From assembly GCF_009914755.1 (NCBI RefSeq), contig NC_060925.1: a DNA stretch of 64,000 nt; one strand, given 5' to 3'. Origin of the DNA: the human T2T-CHM13v2.0 reference genome, Homo sapiens. This document shows positions 13,010-27,602 of this stretch, piece by piece. The first letter of the stretch is position 1. Every line of letters begins with the position of its first letter. The notes below the pieces were generated by a model. It saw only the letters and a list, made by a program, of their open reading frames with translations, was not told the origin of the DNA and made no database searches. The translations under genes were made by a program, and so were the position numbers.

Positions 13010-16000
13010 ATGGAATCGTCATCGAATGAATTGAATGCAATCATCGAATGGTCTCGAATGGAATCATCTTCTAATGGAAAGGAATGGAATCATCGCATAG
13101 AATCGAATGGAATTATCATCGAATGGAATCGAATGGTATCAACACCAAACGGAAAAAAACGGAATTATCGAATGGAATCGAAGAGAATCTTCGAACGGAC
13201 CCGAATGGAATCATCTAATGGAATGGAATGGAATAATCCATGGACTCGAATGCAATCATCATCGAATGGAATGGAATGGAATCATCGAATGGACTCGAAT
13301 GGAATAATCATTGAACGGAATCGAATGGAATCATCATCGGATGGAAACGAATGGAATCATCATCGAATGGAAATGAAAGGAGTCATCATCTAATGGAATT
13401 GCATGGAATCATCATAAAATGGAATCGAATGGAATCAACATCAAATGGAATCAAATGGAATCATTGAACGGAATTGAATGGAATCGTCATCGAATGAATT
13501 GACTGCAATCATCGAATGTTCTCGAATGGAATCATCTTCAAATGGAATGGAATGGAATCATCGCATAGAATCGAATGGAATTATCATCGAATGGAATCGA
13601 ATGGAATCAACATCAAACGGAAAAAAACGGAATTATCGAATGGAATCGAAGAGAATCATCGAATGGACCCGAATGGAATCATCTAATGGAATGGAATGGA
13701 ATAATCCATGGACTCGAATGCAATCATCATCGAATGGAATCGAACGGAATCATCGAATGGACTCGAATGGAATAATCATTGAACGGAATCGAATGGAATC
13801 ATCATCGGATGGAAATGAATGGAATCATCATCGAATGGAATCGAATAGAATTATGGAATGAAATCCAGTGTGATCATCATCGAATGGACCCGAATGGAAT
13901 CATCATCCAACGGAAGCTAATGGAATCAACATCGAATGAATCGAATGGAAACACCATCGAATTGAAACGAATGGAATTATCATGAAATTGAAATGGATGG
14001 ACTCATCATCGAATGGATTCGAATGGAATCATCGAATAAAATTGATTGAAATCATCATCGAATGGAATCGAATGGTATCATTGAATGGAATCGAATGGAA
14101 TCATCATCAGATGGAAATGAATGGAATCGTCATAGAATGGAATCGAATGGATTCATTGAATGGAATCAGATGGAATCATCGAATGGACTGGAATGGAATC
14201 ATTGAATGGACTCGAAAGGGATCATGATTGAATGGAATTGAATGGAATCATCGAATGGTCTCGATTGGAATCATTATCAAATGGAATCGAATGGAATCAC
14301 CGAATAGAATCGAATGGAACAATCATCGAATGGACTCAAATGGAATTATCCTCAAATGGAATCGAATGGAATTATCGAATGCAATCGAATGGAATTATCG
14401 AATGCAATCGAATAGAATCATCGAAAGGACTCGAATGGAATCATCGAATGGAATGGAATGGAACAGTCAATGAACTCGAATGGAATCATCATTGAATGGA
14501 ATCGAATGGAATCATCGAGTGGAATCGAATGGAATTATGATCAAATGGAATCGAATGTATTCATCATCAAATGGAATCAAAAATAACCATCATCAATTGG
14601 TATTGAATGGAATTGTCATCAAATGGAATTCAAAGGAATCATCATCAAATGGAACCGAATGGAATCCTCATTGAATGGAAATGAAAGGGGTCATCATCTA
14701 ATGGAATCGCATGGAATCATCATCAAATGGAATCGAATGGAATCATCATCAAATGGAATCTAATGGAATCATTGAACAGAATTGAATGGAATCGTCATCG
14801 AATGAATTGAATGCAATCATCGAATGGTCTCGAATGGAATCATCTTCTAATGGAAAGGAATGGAATCATCGCATAGAATCGAATGGAATTATCATCGAAT
14901 GGAATCGAATGGTATCAACACCAAACGGAAAAAAACGGAATTATCGAATGGAATCGAAGAGAATCTTCGAACGGACCCGAATGGAATCATCTAATGGAAT
15001 GGAATGGAATAATCCATGGACTCGAATGCAATCATCATCGAATAGAATGGAATGGAATCATCGAATGGACTCGAATGGAATAATCATTGAACGGAATCGA
15101 ATGGAATCATCATCGGATGGAAACGAATGGAATCATCATCGAATGGAAATGAAAGGAGTCATCTAATGGAATTGCATGGAATCATCATAAAATGGAATCG
15201 AATGGAATCAACATCAAATGGAATCAAATGGAATCATTGAACGGAATTGAATGGAATCGTCATCGAATGAATTGACTGCAATCATCGAATGTTCTCGAAT
15301 GGAATCATCTTCAAATGAAATGGAATGGAATCATCGCATAGAATCGAATGGAATTATCATCGAATGGAATCGAATGGAATCAACATCAAACGGAAAAAAA
15401 CGGAATTATCGTATGGAATCGAAGAGAATCATCGAATGGACCCGAATGGAATCATCTAATGGAATGGAATGGAATAATCCATGGACTCGAATGCAATCAT
15501 CATCGAATGAAATCGAATGGAATCATCGAATGGACTCGAATGGAATAATCATTGAACGGAATCGAATGGAATCATCATCGGATGGAAATGAATGGAATCA
15601 TCATCGAATGGAATCGAATAGAATTATGGAATGAAATCCAGTGTGATCATCATCGAATGGACCCGAATGGAATCATCATCCAACGGAAGCTAATGGAATC
15701 AACATCGAATGAATCGAATGGAAACACCATCGAATTGAAACGAATGGAATTATCATGAAATTGAAATGGATGGACTCATCATCGAATGGATTCGAATGGA
15801 ATCATCGAATAAAATTGATTGAAATCATCATCGAATGGAATCGAATGGTATCATTGAATGGAATCGAATGGAATCATCATCAGATGGAAATGAATGGAAT
15901 CGTCATAGAATGGAATCGAATGGATTCATTGAATGGAATCAGATGGAATCATCGAATGGACTGGAATGGAATCATTGAATGGACTCGAAAGGGATCATGA

Positions 16001-16558
16001 TTGAATGGAATTGAATGGAATCATGAAATGGTCTCGATTGGAATCATTATCAAATGGAATCGAATGGAATCACCGAATAGAATCGAATGGAACAATCATC
16101 GAATGGACTCAAATGGAATTATCCTCAAATGGAATCGAATTCAATTATCGAATGCAATCGAATGGAATTATCGAATGCAATTGAATAGAATCATCGAAAG
16201 GACTCGAATGGAATCATCGAATGGAATGGAATGGAACAGTCAATGAACTCGAATGGAATCATCATTGAATGGAATCGAATGGAATCATCGAGTGGAATCG
16301 AATGGAATTATGATCAAATGGAATCGAATGTAATCATCATCAAATGGAATCAAAAATAACCATCATCAATTGGTATTGAATGGAATTGTCATCAAATGGA
16401 ATTCAAAGGAATCATCATCAAATGGAACCGAATGGAATCCTCATTGAATGGAAATGAAAGGGGTCATCATCTAATGGAATCGCATGGAATCATCATCAAA
16501 TGGAATCGAATGGAATCATCATCAAATGGAATCTAATGGAATCATTGAACAGAATTGA

Positions 16559-17889
16559 ATGGAATCGTCATCGAATGAATTGAATGCAATCATCGAATGG
16601 TCTCGAATGGAATCATCTTCTAATGGAAAGGAATGGAATCATCGCATAGAATCGAATGGAATTATCATCGAATGGAATCGAATGGTATCAACACCAAACG
16701 GAAAAAAACGGAATTATCGAATGGAATCGAAGAGAATCTTCGAACGGACCCGAATGGAATCATCTAATGGAATGGAATGGAATAATCCATGGACTCGAAT
16801 GCAATCACCATCGAATGGAATCGAATGGAATCATCGAATGGACTCGAATGGAATAATCATTGAACGGAATCGAATGGAATCATCATCGGATGGAAATGAA
16901 TGGAATCATCATCGAATGGAATCGAATAGAATTATGGAATGAAATCCAGTGTGATCATCATCGAATGGACCCGAATGGAATCATCATCCAACGGAAGCTA
17001 ATGGAATCAACATCGAATGAATCGAATGGAAACACCATCGAATTGAAACGAATGGAATTATCATGAAATTGAAATGGATGGACTCATCATCGAATGGATT
17101 CGAATGGAATCATCGAATAAAATTGATTGAAATCATCATCAAATGGAATCGAATGGTATCATTGAATGGAATCGAATGGAATCATCATCAGATGGAAATG
17201 AATGGAATCGTCATAGAATGGAATCGAATGGATTCATTGAATGGAATCAGATGGAATCATCGAATGGACTGGAATGGAATCATTGAATGGACTCGAAAGG
17301 CATCATTATTGAATGGAATTGAATGGAATCATCGAATGGTCTCGATTGGAATCATTACCAAATGGAATCGAATGGAATCACCGAATAGAATCGAATGGAA
17401 CAATCATCGAATGGACTCAAATGGAATTATCCTCCAATGGAATCGAATGGAATTATCGAATGCAATCGAATGGAATTATCGAATGCAATCGAATGGAATT
17501 ATCGAATGCAATCGAATAGAATCATCGAATGGACTCGAATGGAATCATCGAATGGAATGGAATGGAACAGTCAATGAACTCGAATGGAATCATCATTGAA
17601 TGGAATCGAATGGAATCATCGAGTGGAATCGAATGGAATTATGATCAAATGGAATCGAATGTAATCATCATCAAATGGAATCAAAAATAACCATCATCAA
17701 TTGGTATTGAATGGAATTGTCATCAAATGGAATTCAAAGGAATCATCATCAAATGGAACCGAATGGAATCCTCATTGAATGGAAATGAAAGGGGTCATCA
17801 TCTAATGGAATCGCATGGAATCATCATCAAATGGAATCGAATGGAATCATCATCAAATGGAATCTAATGGAATCATTGAACAGAATTGA
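16559..17889 (+). repeat. Second copy of the variant 1331-bp unit
   Basis: Spacing 16559 to 17890 is 1331. It shares the CAATCACCATCG and AGGCATC variants and the triple 23-mer with 4575-5905. Confidence 0.92.
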
Positions 17890-20800
17890 ATGGAATCGTC
17901 ATCGAATGAATTGAATGCAATCATCGAATGGTCTCGAATGGAATCATCTTCTAATGGAAAGGAATGGAATCATCGCATAGAATCGAATGGAATTATCATC
18001 GAATGGAATCGAATGGTATCAACACCAAACGGAAAAAAACGGAATTATCGAATGGAATCGAAGAGAATCTTCGAACGGACCCGAATGGAATCATCTAATG
18101 GAATGGAATGGAATAATCCATGGACTCGAATGCAATCATCATCGAATGGAATCGAATGGAGTCATCGAATGGACTCGAATGGAATAATCATTGAACGGAA
18201 TCGAATGGAATCATCATCGGATGGAAACGAATGGAATCATCATCGAATGGAAATGAAAGGAGTCATCATCTAATGGAATTGCATGGAATCATCATAAAAT
18301 GGAATCGAATGGAATCAACATCAAATGGAATCAAATGGAATCATTGAACGGAATTGAATGGAATCGTCATCGAATGAATTGACTGCAATCATCGAATGGT
18401 CTCGAATGGAATCATCTTCAAATGGAATGGAATGGAATCATCGCATAGAATCGAATGGAATTATCATCGAATGGAATCGAATGGAATCAACATCAAACGG
18501 AAAAAAACAGAATTATCGTATGGAATCTAAGAGAATCATCGAATGGACCCGAATGGAATCATCTAATGGAATGGAATGGAATAATCCATGGACTCGAATG
18601 CAATCATCATCGAATGGAATCGAATGGAATCATCGAATGGACTCGAATGGAATAATCATTGAACGGAATCGAATGGAATCATCATCGGATGGAAATGAAT
18701 GGAATCATCATCGAATGGAATCGAATAGAATTATGGAATGAAATCCAGTGTGATCATCATCGAATGGACCCGAATGGAATCATCATCCAACGGAAGCTAA
18801 TGGAATCAACATCGAATGAATCGAATGGAAACACCATCGAATTGAAACGAATGGAATTATCATGAAATTGAAATGGATGGACACATCATCGAATGGATTC
18901 GAATGGAATCATCGAATAAAATTGATTGAAATCATCATCAAATGGAATCGAATGGTATCATTGAATGGAATCGAATGGAATCATCATCAGATGGAAATGA
19001 ATGGAATCGTCATAGAATGGAATCGAATGGATTCATTGAATGGAATCAGATGGAATCATCGAATGGACTGGAATGGAATCATTGAATGGACTCGAAAGGG
19101 ATCATTATTGAATGGAATTGAATGGAATCATCGAATGGTCTCGATTGGAATCATTATCAAATGGAATCGAATGGAATCACCGAATAGAATCGAATGGAAC
19201 AATCATCGAATGGACTCAAATGGAATTATCCTCAAATGGAATCGAATGGAATTATCGAATGCAATCGAATGGAATTATCGAATGCAATCGAATAGAATCA
19301 TCGAATGGACTCGAATGGAATCATCGAATGGAATGGAATGGAACAGTCAATGAACTCGAATGGAATCATCATTGAATGGAATCGAATGGAATCATCGAGT
19401 GGAATCGAATGGAATTATGATCAAATGGAATCGAATGTAATCATCATCAAATGGAATCAAAAATAACCATCATCAATTGGTATTGAATGGAATTGTCATC
19501 AAATGGAATTCAAAGGAATCATCATCAAATGGAACCGAATGGAATCCTCATTGAATGGAAATGAAAGGGGTCATCATCTAATGGAATCGCATGGAATCAT
19601 CATCAAATGGAATCGAATGGAATCATCATCAAATGGAATCTAATGGAATCATTGAACAGAATTGAATGGAATCGTCATCGAATGAATTGAATGCAATCAT
19701 CGAATGGTCTCGAATGGAATCATCTTCTAATGGAAAGGAATGGAATCATCGCATAGAATCGAATGGAATTATCATCGAATGGAATCGAATGGTATCAACA
19801 CCAAACGGAAAAAAACGGAATTATCGAATGGAATCGAAGAGAATCTTCGAACGGACCCGAATGGAATCATCTAATGGAATGGAATGGAATAATCCATGGA
19901 CTCGAATGCAATCATCATCGAATGGAATGGAATGGAATCATCGAATGGACTCGAATGGAATAATCATTGAACGGAATCGAATGGAATCATCATCGGATGG
20001 AAACGAATGGAATCATCATCGAATGGAAATGAAAGGAGTCATCATCTAATGGAATTGCATGGAATCATCATAAAATGGAATCGAATGGAATCAACATCAA
20101 ATGGAATCAAATGGAATCATTGAACGGAATTGAATGGAATCGTCATCGAATGAATTGACTGCAATCATCGAATGTTCTCGAATGCAATCATCTTCAAATG
20201 GAATGGAATGGAATCATCGCATAGAATCGAATGGAATTATCATCGAATGGAATCGAATGGAATCAACATCAAACGGAAAAAAACGGAATTATCGAATGGA
20301 ATCGAAGAGAATCATCGAATGGACCCGAATGGAATCATCTAATGGAATGGAATGAAATAATCCATGGTCTCGAATGCAATCATCATCGAATGGAATCGAA
20401 TGGAATCATCGAATGGACTCGAATGGAATAATCATTGAACGGAATCGAATGGAATCATCATCGGATGGAAATGAATGGAATCATCATCGAATGGAATCGA
20501 ATAGAATTATGGAATGAAATCCAGTGTGATCATCATCGAATGGACCCGAATGGAATCATCATCCAACGGAAGCTAATGGAATCAACATCGAATGAATCGA
20601 ATGGAAACACCATCGAATTGAAACGAATGGAATTATCATGAAATTGAAATGGATGGACTCATCATCGAATGGATTCGAATGGAATCATCGAATAAAATTG
20701 ATTGAAATCATCATCGAATGGAATCGAATGGTATCATTGAATGGAATCGAATGGAATCATCATCAGATGGAAATGAATGGAATCGTCATAGAATGGAATC

Positions 20801-23217
20801 GAATGGATTCATTGAATGGAATCAGATGGAATCATCGAATGGACTGGAATGGAATCATTGAATGGACTCGAAAGGGATCATGATTGAATGGAATTGAATG
20901 GAATCATCGAATGGTCTCGATTGGAATCATTATCAAATGGAATCGAATGGAATCACCGAATAGAATCGAATGGAACAATCATCGAATGGACTCAAATGGA
21001 ATTATCCTCAAATGGAATCGAATGGAATTATCGAATGCAATCGAATGGAATTATCGAATGCAATCGAATAGAATCATCGAAAGGACTCGAATGGAATCAT
21101 CGAATGGAATGGAATGGAACAGTCAATGAACTCGAATGGAATCATCATTGAATGGAATCGAATGGAATCATCGAGTGGAATCGAATGGAATTATGATCAA
21201 ATGGAATCGAATGTATTCATCATCAAATGGAATCAAAAATAACCATCATCAATTGGTATTGAATGGAATTTTCATCAAATGGAATTCAAAGGAATCATCA
21301 TCAAATGGAACCGAATGGAATCCTCATTGAATGGAAATGAAAGGGGTCATCATCTAATGGAATCGCATGGAATCATCATCAAATGGAATCGAATGGAATC
21401 ATCATCAAATGGAATCTAATGGAATCATTGAACAGAATTGAATGGAATCGTCATCGAATGAATTGAATGCAATCATCGAATGGTCTCGAATGGAATCATC
21501 TTCTAATGGAAAGGAATGGAATCATCGCATAGAATCGAATGGAATTATCATCGAATGGAATCGAATGGTATCAACACCAAACGGAAAAAAACGGAATTAT
21601 CGAATGGAATCGAAGAGAATCTTCGAACGGACGCGAATGGAATCATCTAATGGAATGGAATGGAATAATCCATGGACTCGAATGCAATCATCATCGAATG
21701 GAATGGAATGGAATCATCGAATGGACTCGAATGGAATAATCATTGAACGGAATCGAATGGAATCATCATCGGATGGAAACGAATGGAATCATCATCGAAT
21801 GGAAATGAAAGGAGTCATCATCTAATGGAATTGCATGGAATCATCATAAAATGGAATCGAATGGAATCAACATCAAATGGAATCAAATGGAATCATTGAA
21901 CGGAATTGAATGGAATCGTCATCGAATGAATTGACTGCAATCATCGAATGTTCTCGAATGGAATCATCTTCAAATGGAATGGAATGGAATCATCGCATAG
22001 AATCGAATGGAATTATCATCGAATGGAATCGAATGGAATCAACATCAAACGGAAAAAAACGGAATTATCGTATGGAATCGAAGAGAATCATCGAATGGAC
22101 CCGAATGGAATCATCTAATGGAATGGAATGGAATAATCCATGGACTCGAATGCAATCATCATCGAATGAAATCGAATGGAATCATCGAATGGACTCGAAT
22201 GGAATAATCATTGAACGGAATCGAATGGAATCATCATCGGATGGAAATGAATGGAATCATCATCGAATGGAATCGAATAGAATTATGGAATGAAATCCAG
22301 TGTGATCATCATCGAATGGACCCGAATGGAATCATCATCCAACGGAAGCTAATGGAATCAACATCGAATGAATCGAATGGAAACACCATCGAATTGAAAC
22401 GAATGGAATTATCATGAAATTGAAATGGATGGACTCATCATCGAATGGATTCGAATGGAATCATCGAATAAAATTGATTGAAATCATCATCGAATGGAAT
22501 CGAATGGTATCATTGAATGGAATCGAATGGAATCATCATCAGATGGAAATGAATGGAATCGTCATAGAATGGAATCGAATGGATTCATTGAATGGAATCA
22601 GATGGAATCATCGAATGGACTGGAATGGAATCATTGAATGGACTCGAAAGGGATCATGATTGAATGGAATTGAATGGAATCATGGAATGGTCTCGATTGG
22701 AATCATTATCAAATGGAATCGAATGGAATCACCGAATAGAATCGAATGGAACAATCATCGAATGGACTCAAATGGAATTATCCTCAAATGGAATCGAATG
22801 GAATTATCGAATGCAATCGAATGGAATTATCGAATGCAATCGAATAGAATCATCGAAAGGACTCGAATGGAATCATCGAATGGAATGGAATGGAACAGTC
22901 AATGAACTCGAATGGAATCATCATTGAATGGAATCGAATGGAATCATCGAGTGGAATCGAATGGAATTATGATCAAATGGAATCGAATGTAATCATCATC
23001 AAATGGAATCAAAAATAACCATCATCAATTGGTATTGAATGGAATTGTCATCAAATGGAATTCAAAGGAATCATCATCAAATGGAACCGAATGGAATCCT
23101 CATTGAATGGAAATGAAAGGGGTCATCATCTAATGGAATCGCATGGAATCATCATCAAATGGAATCGAATGGAATCATCATCAAATGGAATCTAATGGAA
23201 TCATTGAACAGAATTGA

Positions 23218-24518
23218 ATGGAATCGTCATCGAATGAATTGAATGCAATCATCGAATGGTCTCGAATGGAATCATCTTCTAATGGAAAGGAATGGAATCA
23301 TCGCATAGAATCGAATGGAATTATCATCGAATGGAATCGAATGGTATCAACACCAAACGGAAAAAAACGGAATTATCGAATGGAATCGAAGAGAATCTTC
23401 GAACGGACCCGAATGGAATCATCTAATGGAATGGAATGGAATAATCCATGGACTCGAATGCAATCATCATCGAATGGAATCGAATGGAATCATCGAATGG
23501 ACTCGAATGGAATAATCATTGAACGGAATCGAATGGAATCATCATCGGATGGAAATGAATGGAATCATCATCGAAGGGAAATGAAAGGAGTCATCATCTA
23601 ATGGAATTGCATGGAATCATCATAAAATGGAATCGAATGGAATCAACATCAAATGGAATCAAATGGAATCATTGAACGGAATTGAATGGAATCGTCATCG
23701 AATGAATTGACTGCAATCATCGAATGGTCTCGAATGGAATCATCTTCAAATGGAATGGAATGGAATCATCGCATAGAATCGAATGGAATTATCATCGAAT
23801 GGAATCGAATGGAATCAACATCAAACGGAAAAAAACGGAATTATCGAATGGAATCGAAGAGAATCATCGAATGGACCCGAATGGAATCATCTAATGGAAT
23901 GGAATGGAATAATCCATGGACTCGAATGCAGTCATCATCGAATGGAATCGAATGGAATCATCGAATGGTCTCGATTGGAATCATTACCAAATGGAATCGA
24001 ATGGAATCACCGAATAGAATCGAATGGAACAATCATCGAATGGACTCAAATGGAATTATCCTCCAATGGAATCGAATGGAATTATCGAATGCAATCGAAT
24101 GGAATTATCGAATGCAATCGAATGGAATTATCGAATGCAATCGAATAGAATCATCGAATGGACTCGAATGGAATCATCGAATGGAATGGAATGGAACAGT
24201 CAATGAACTCGAATGGAATCATCATTGAATGGAATCGAATGGAATCATCGAGTGGAATCGAATGGAATTATGATCAAATGGAATCGAATGTAATCATCAT
24301 CAAATGGAATCAAAAATAACCATCATCAATTGGTATTGAATGGAATTGTCATCAAATGGAATTCAAAGGAATCATCATCAAATGGAACCGAATGGAATCC
24401 TCATTGAATGGAAATGAAAGGGGTCATCATCTAATGGAATCGCATGGAATCATCATCAAATGGAATCGAATGGAATCATCATCAAATGGAATCTAATGGA
24501 ATCATTGAACAGAATTGA
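23218..24518 (+). repeat. Variant 1301-bp unit (-498 deletion, +23 sub-repeat)
   Basis: Spacing 1301 = 1776-498+23. It lacks the TCCAGTGTGA...AAAGGGATC segment; junction at 23950-23968. Confidence 0.9.
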
Positions 24519-26294
24519 ATGGAATCGTCATCGAATGAATTGAATGCAATCATCGAATGGTCTCGAATGGAATCATCTTCTAATGGAAAGGAATGGAATC
24601 ATCGCATAGAATCGAATGGAATTATCATCGAATGGAATCGAATGGTATCAACACCAAACGGAAAAAAACGGAATTATCGAATGGAATCGAAGAGAATCTT
24701 CGAACGGACCCGAATGGAATCATCTAATGGAATGGAATGGAATAATCCATGGACTCGAATGCAATCATCATCGAATGGAATCGAATGGAGTCATCGAATG
24801 GACTCGAATGGAATAATCATTGAACGGAATCGAATGGAATCATCATCGGATGGAAACGAATGGAATCATCATCGAATGGAAATGAAAGGAGTCATCATCT
24901 AATGGAATTGCATGGAATCATCATAAAATGGAATCGAATGGAATCAACATCAAATGGAATCAAATGGAATCATTGAACGGAATTGAATGGAATCGTCATC
25001 GAATGAATTGACTGCAATCATCGAATGGTCTCGAATGGAATCATCTTCAAATGGAATGGAATGGAATCATCGCATAGAATCGAATGGAATTATCATCGAA
25101 TGGAATCGAATGGAATCAACATCAAACGGAAAAAAACAGAATTATCGTATGGAATCTAAGAGAATCATCGAATGGACCCGAATGGAATCATCTAATGGAA
25201 TGGAATGGAATAATCCATGGACTCGAATGCAATCATCATCGAATGGAATCGAATGGAATCATCAAATGGACTCGAATGGAATAATCATTGAACGGAATCG
25301 AATGGAATCATCATCGGATGGAAATGAATGGAATCATCATCGAATGGAATCGAATAGAATTATGGAATGAAATCCAGTGTGATCATCATCGAATGGACCC
25401 GAATGGAATCATCATCCAACGGAAGCTAATGGAATCAACATCGAATGAATCGAATGGAAACACCATCGAATTGAAACGAATGGAATTATCATGAAATTGA
25501 AATGGATGGACACATCATCGAATGGATTCGAATGGAATCATCGAATAAAATTGATTGAAATCATCATCCAATGGAATCGAATGGTATCATTGAATGGAAT
25601 CGAATGGAATCATCATCAGATGGAAATGAATGGAATCGTCATAGAATGGAATCGAATGGATTCATTGAATGGAATCAGATGGAATCATCGAATGGACTGG
25701 AATGGAATCATTGAATGGACTCGAAAGGGATCATGATTGAATGGAATTGAATGGAATCATCGAATGGTCTCGATTGGAATCATTACCAAATGGAATCGAA
25801 TGGAATCACCGAATAGAATCGAATGGAACAATCATCGAATGGACTCAAATGGAATTATCCTCAAATGGAATCGAATGGAATTATCGAATGCAATCGAATG
25901 GAATTATCGAATGCAATCGAATAGAATCATCGAATGGACTCGAATGGAATCATCGAATGGAATGGAATGGAACAGTCAATGAACTCGAATGGAATCATCA
26001 TTGAATGGAATCGAATGGAATCATCGAGTGGAATGGAATGGAATTATGATCAAATGGAATCGAATGTAATCATCATCAAATGGAATCAAAAATAACCATC
26101 ATCAATTGGTATTGAATGGAATTGTCATCAAATGGAATTCAAAGGAATCATCATCAAATGGAACCGAATGGAATCCTCATTGAATGGAAATGAAAGGGGT
26201 CATCATCTAATGGAATCGCATGGAATCATCATCAAATGGAATCGAATGGAATCATCATCAAATGGAATCAAATGGAATCATTGAACGGAATTGA

Positions 26295-27602
26295 ATGGAA
26301 TCGTCATCGAATGAATTGACTGCAATCATCGAATGGTCTCGAATGGAATCATCTTCAAATGGAATGGAATGGAATCATCGCATAGAATCGAATGGAATTA
26401 TCATCGAATGGAATCGAATGGAATCAACATCAAACGGAAAAAAACGGAATTATCGAATGGAATCGAAGAGAATCATCGAATGGACCCGAATGGAATCATC
26501 TAATGGAATGGAATGGAATAATCCATGGACTCGAATGCAATCATCATCGAATGGAATCGAATGGAATCATCGAATGGACTCGAATGGAATAATCATTGAA
26601 CGGAATCGAATGGAATCATCATCGGATGGAAATGAATGGAATCATCATCGAATGGAATCGAATATAATTATGGAATGAAATCCAGTGTGATCATCATCGA
26701 ATGGACCCGAATGGAATCATCATCCAACGGAAGCTAATGGAATCAACATCGAATGAATCGAATGGAAACACCATCGAATTGAACCGAATGGAATTATCAT
26801 GAAATTGAAATGGATGGACTCATCATCGAATGGATTCGAATGGAATCATCGAATAAAATTGATTGAAATCATCATCCAATGGAATCGAATGGTATCATTG
26901 AATGGAATCGAATGGAATCATCATCAGATGGAAATGAATGGAATCGTCATAGAATGGAATCGAATGGATTCATTGAATGGAATCAGATGGAATCATCGAA
27001 TGGACTGGAATGGAATCATTGAATGGACCCGAAAGGGATCATGATTGAATGGAATTGAATGGAATCATCGAATGGTCTCGATTGGAATCATTACCAAATG
27101 GAATCGAATGGAATCACCGAATAGAATCGAATGGAACAATCATCGAATGGACTCAAATGGAATTATCCTCAAATGGAATCGAATGGAATTATCGAATGCA
27201 ATCGAATGGAATTATCGAATGCAATCGAATAGAATCATCGAATGGACTCGAATGGAATCATCGAATGGAATGGAATGGAACAGTCAATGAACTCGAATGG
27301 AATCATCATTGAATGGAATCGAATGGAATCATCGAGTGGAATCGAATGGAATTATGATCAAATGGAATCTAATGGAATCATCATCAAATGGAATCAAAAA
27401 TAACCATCATCAATTGGTATTGAATGGAATTGTCATCAAATGGAATTCAAAGGAATCATCATCAAATGGAACCGAATGGAATCCTCATTGAATGGAAATG
27501 AAAGGGGTCATCATCTAATGGAATCGCATGGAATCATCATCAAATGGAATCGAATGGAATCATCATCAAATGGAATCTAATGGAATCATTGAACAGAATT
27601 GA
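26295..27602 (+). repeat. Variant 1308-bp unit (copy A essentially lost)
   Basis: Spacing 1308 = 1776-468. The retained copy is B-type (GAACGGAA, TGACTGCA), with the switch between 26255 and 26270. Confidence 0.9.

Noticed and set aside
23686-24228. Longest ORF (180 aa), an apparent fusion protein
   Set aside because: It is a by-product of the 498-bp (multiple of 3) deletion. Nothing supports expression or selection.
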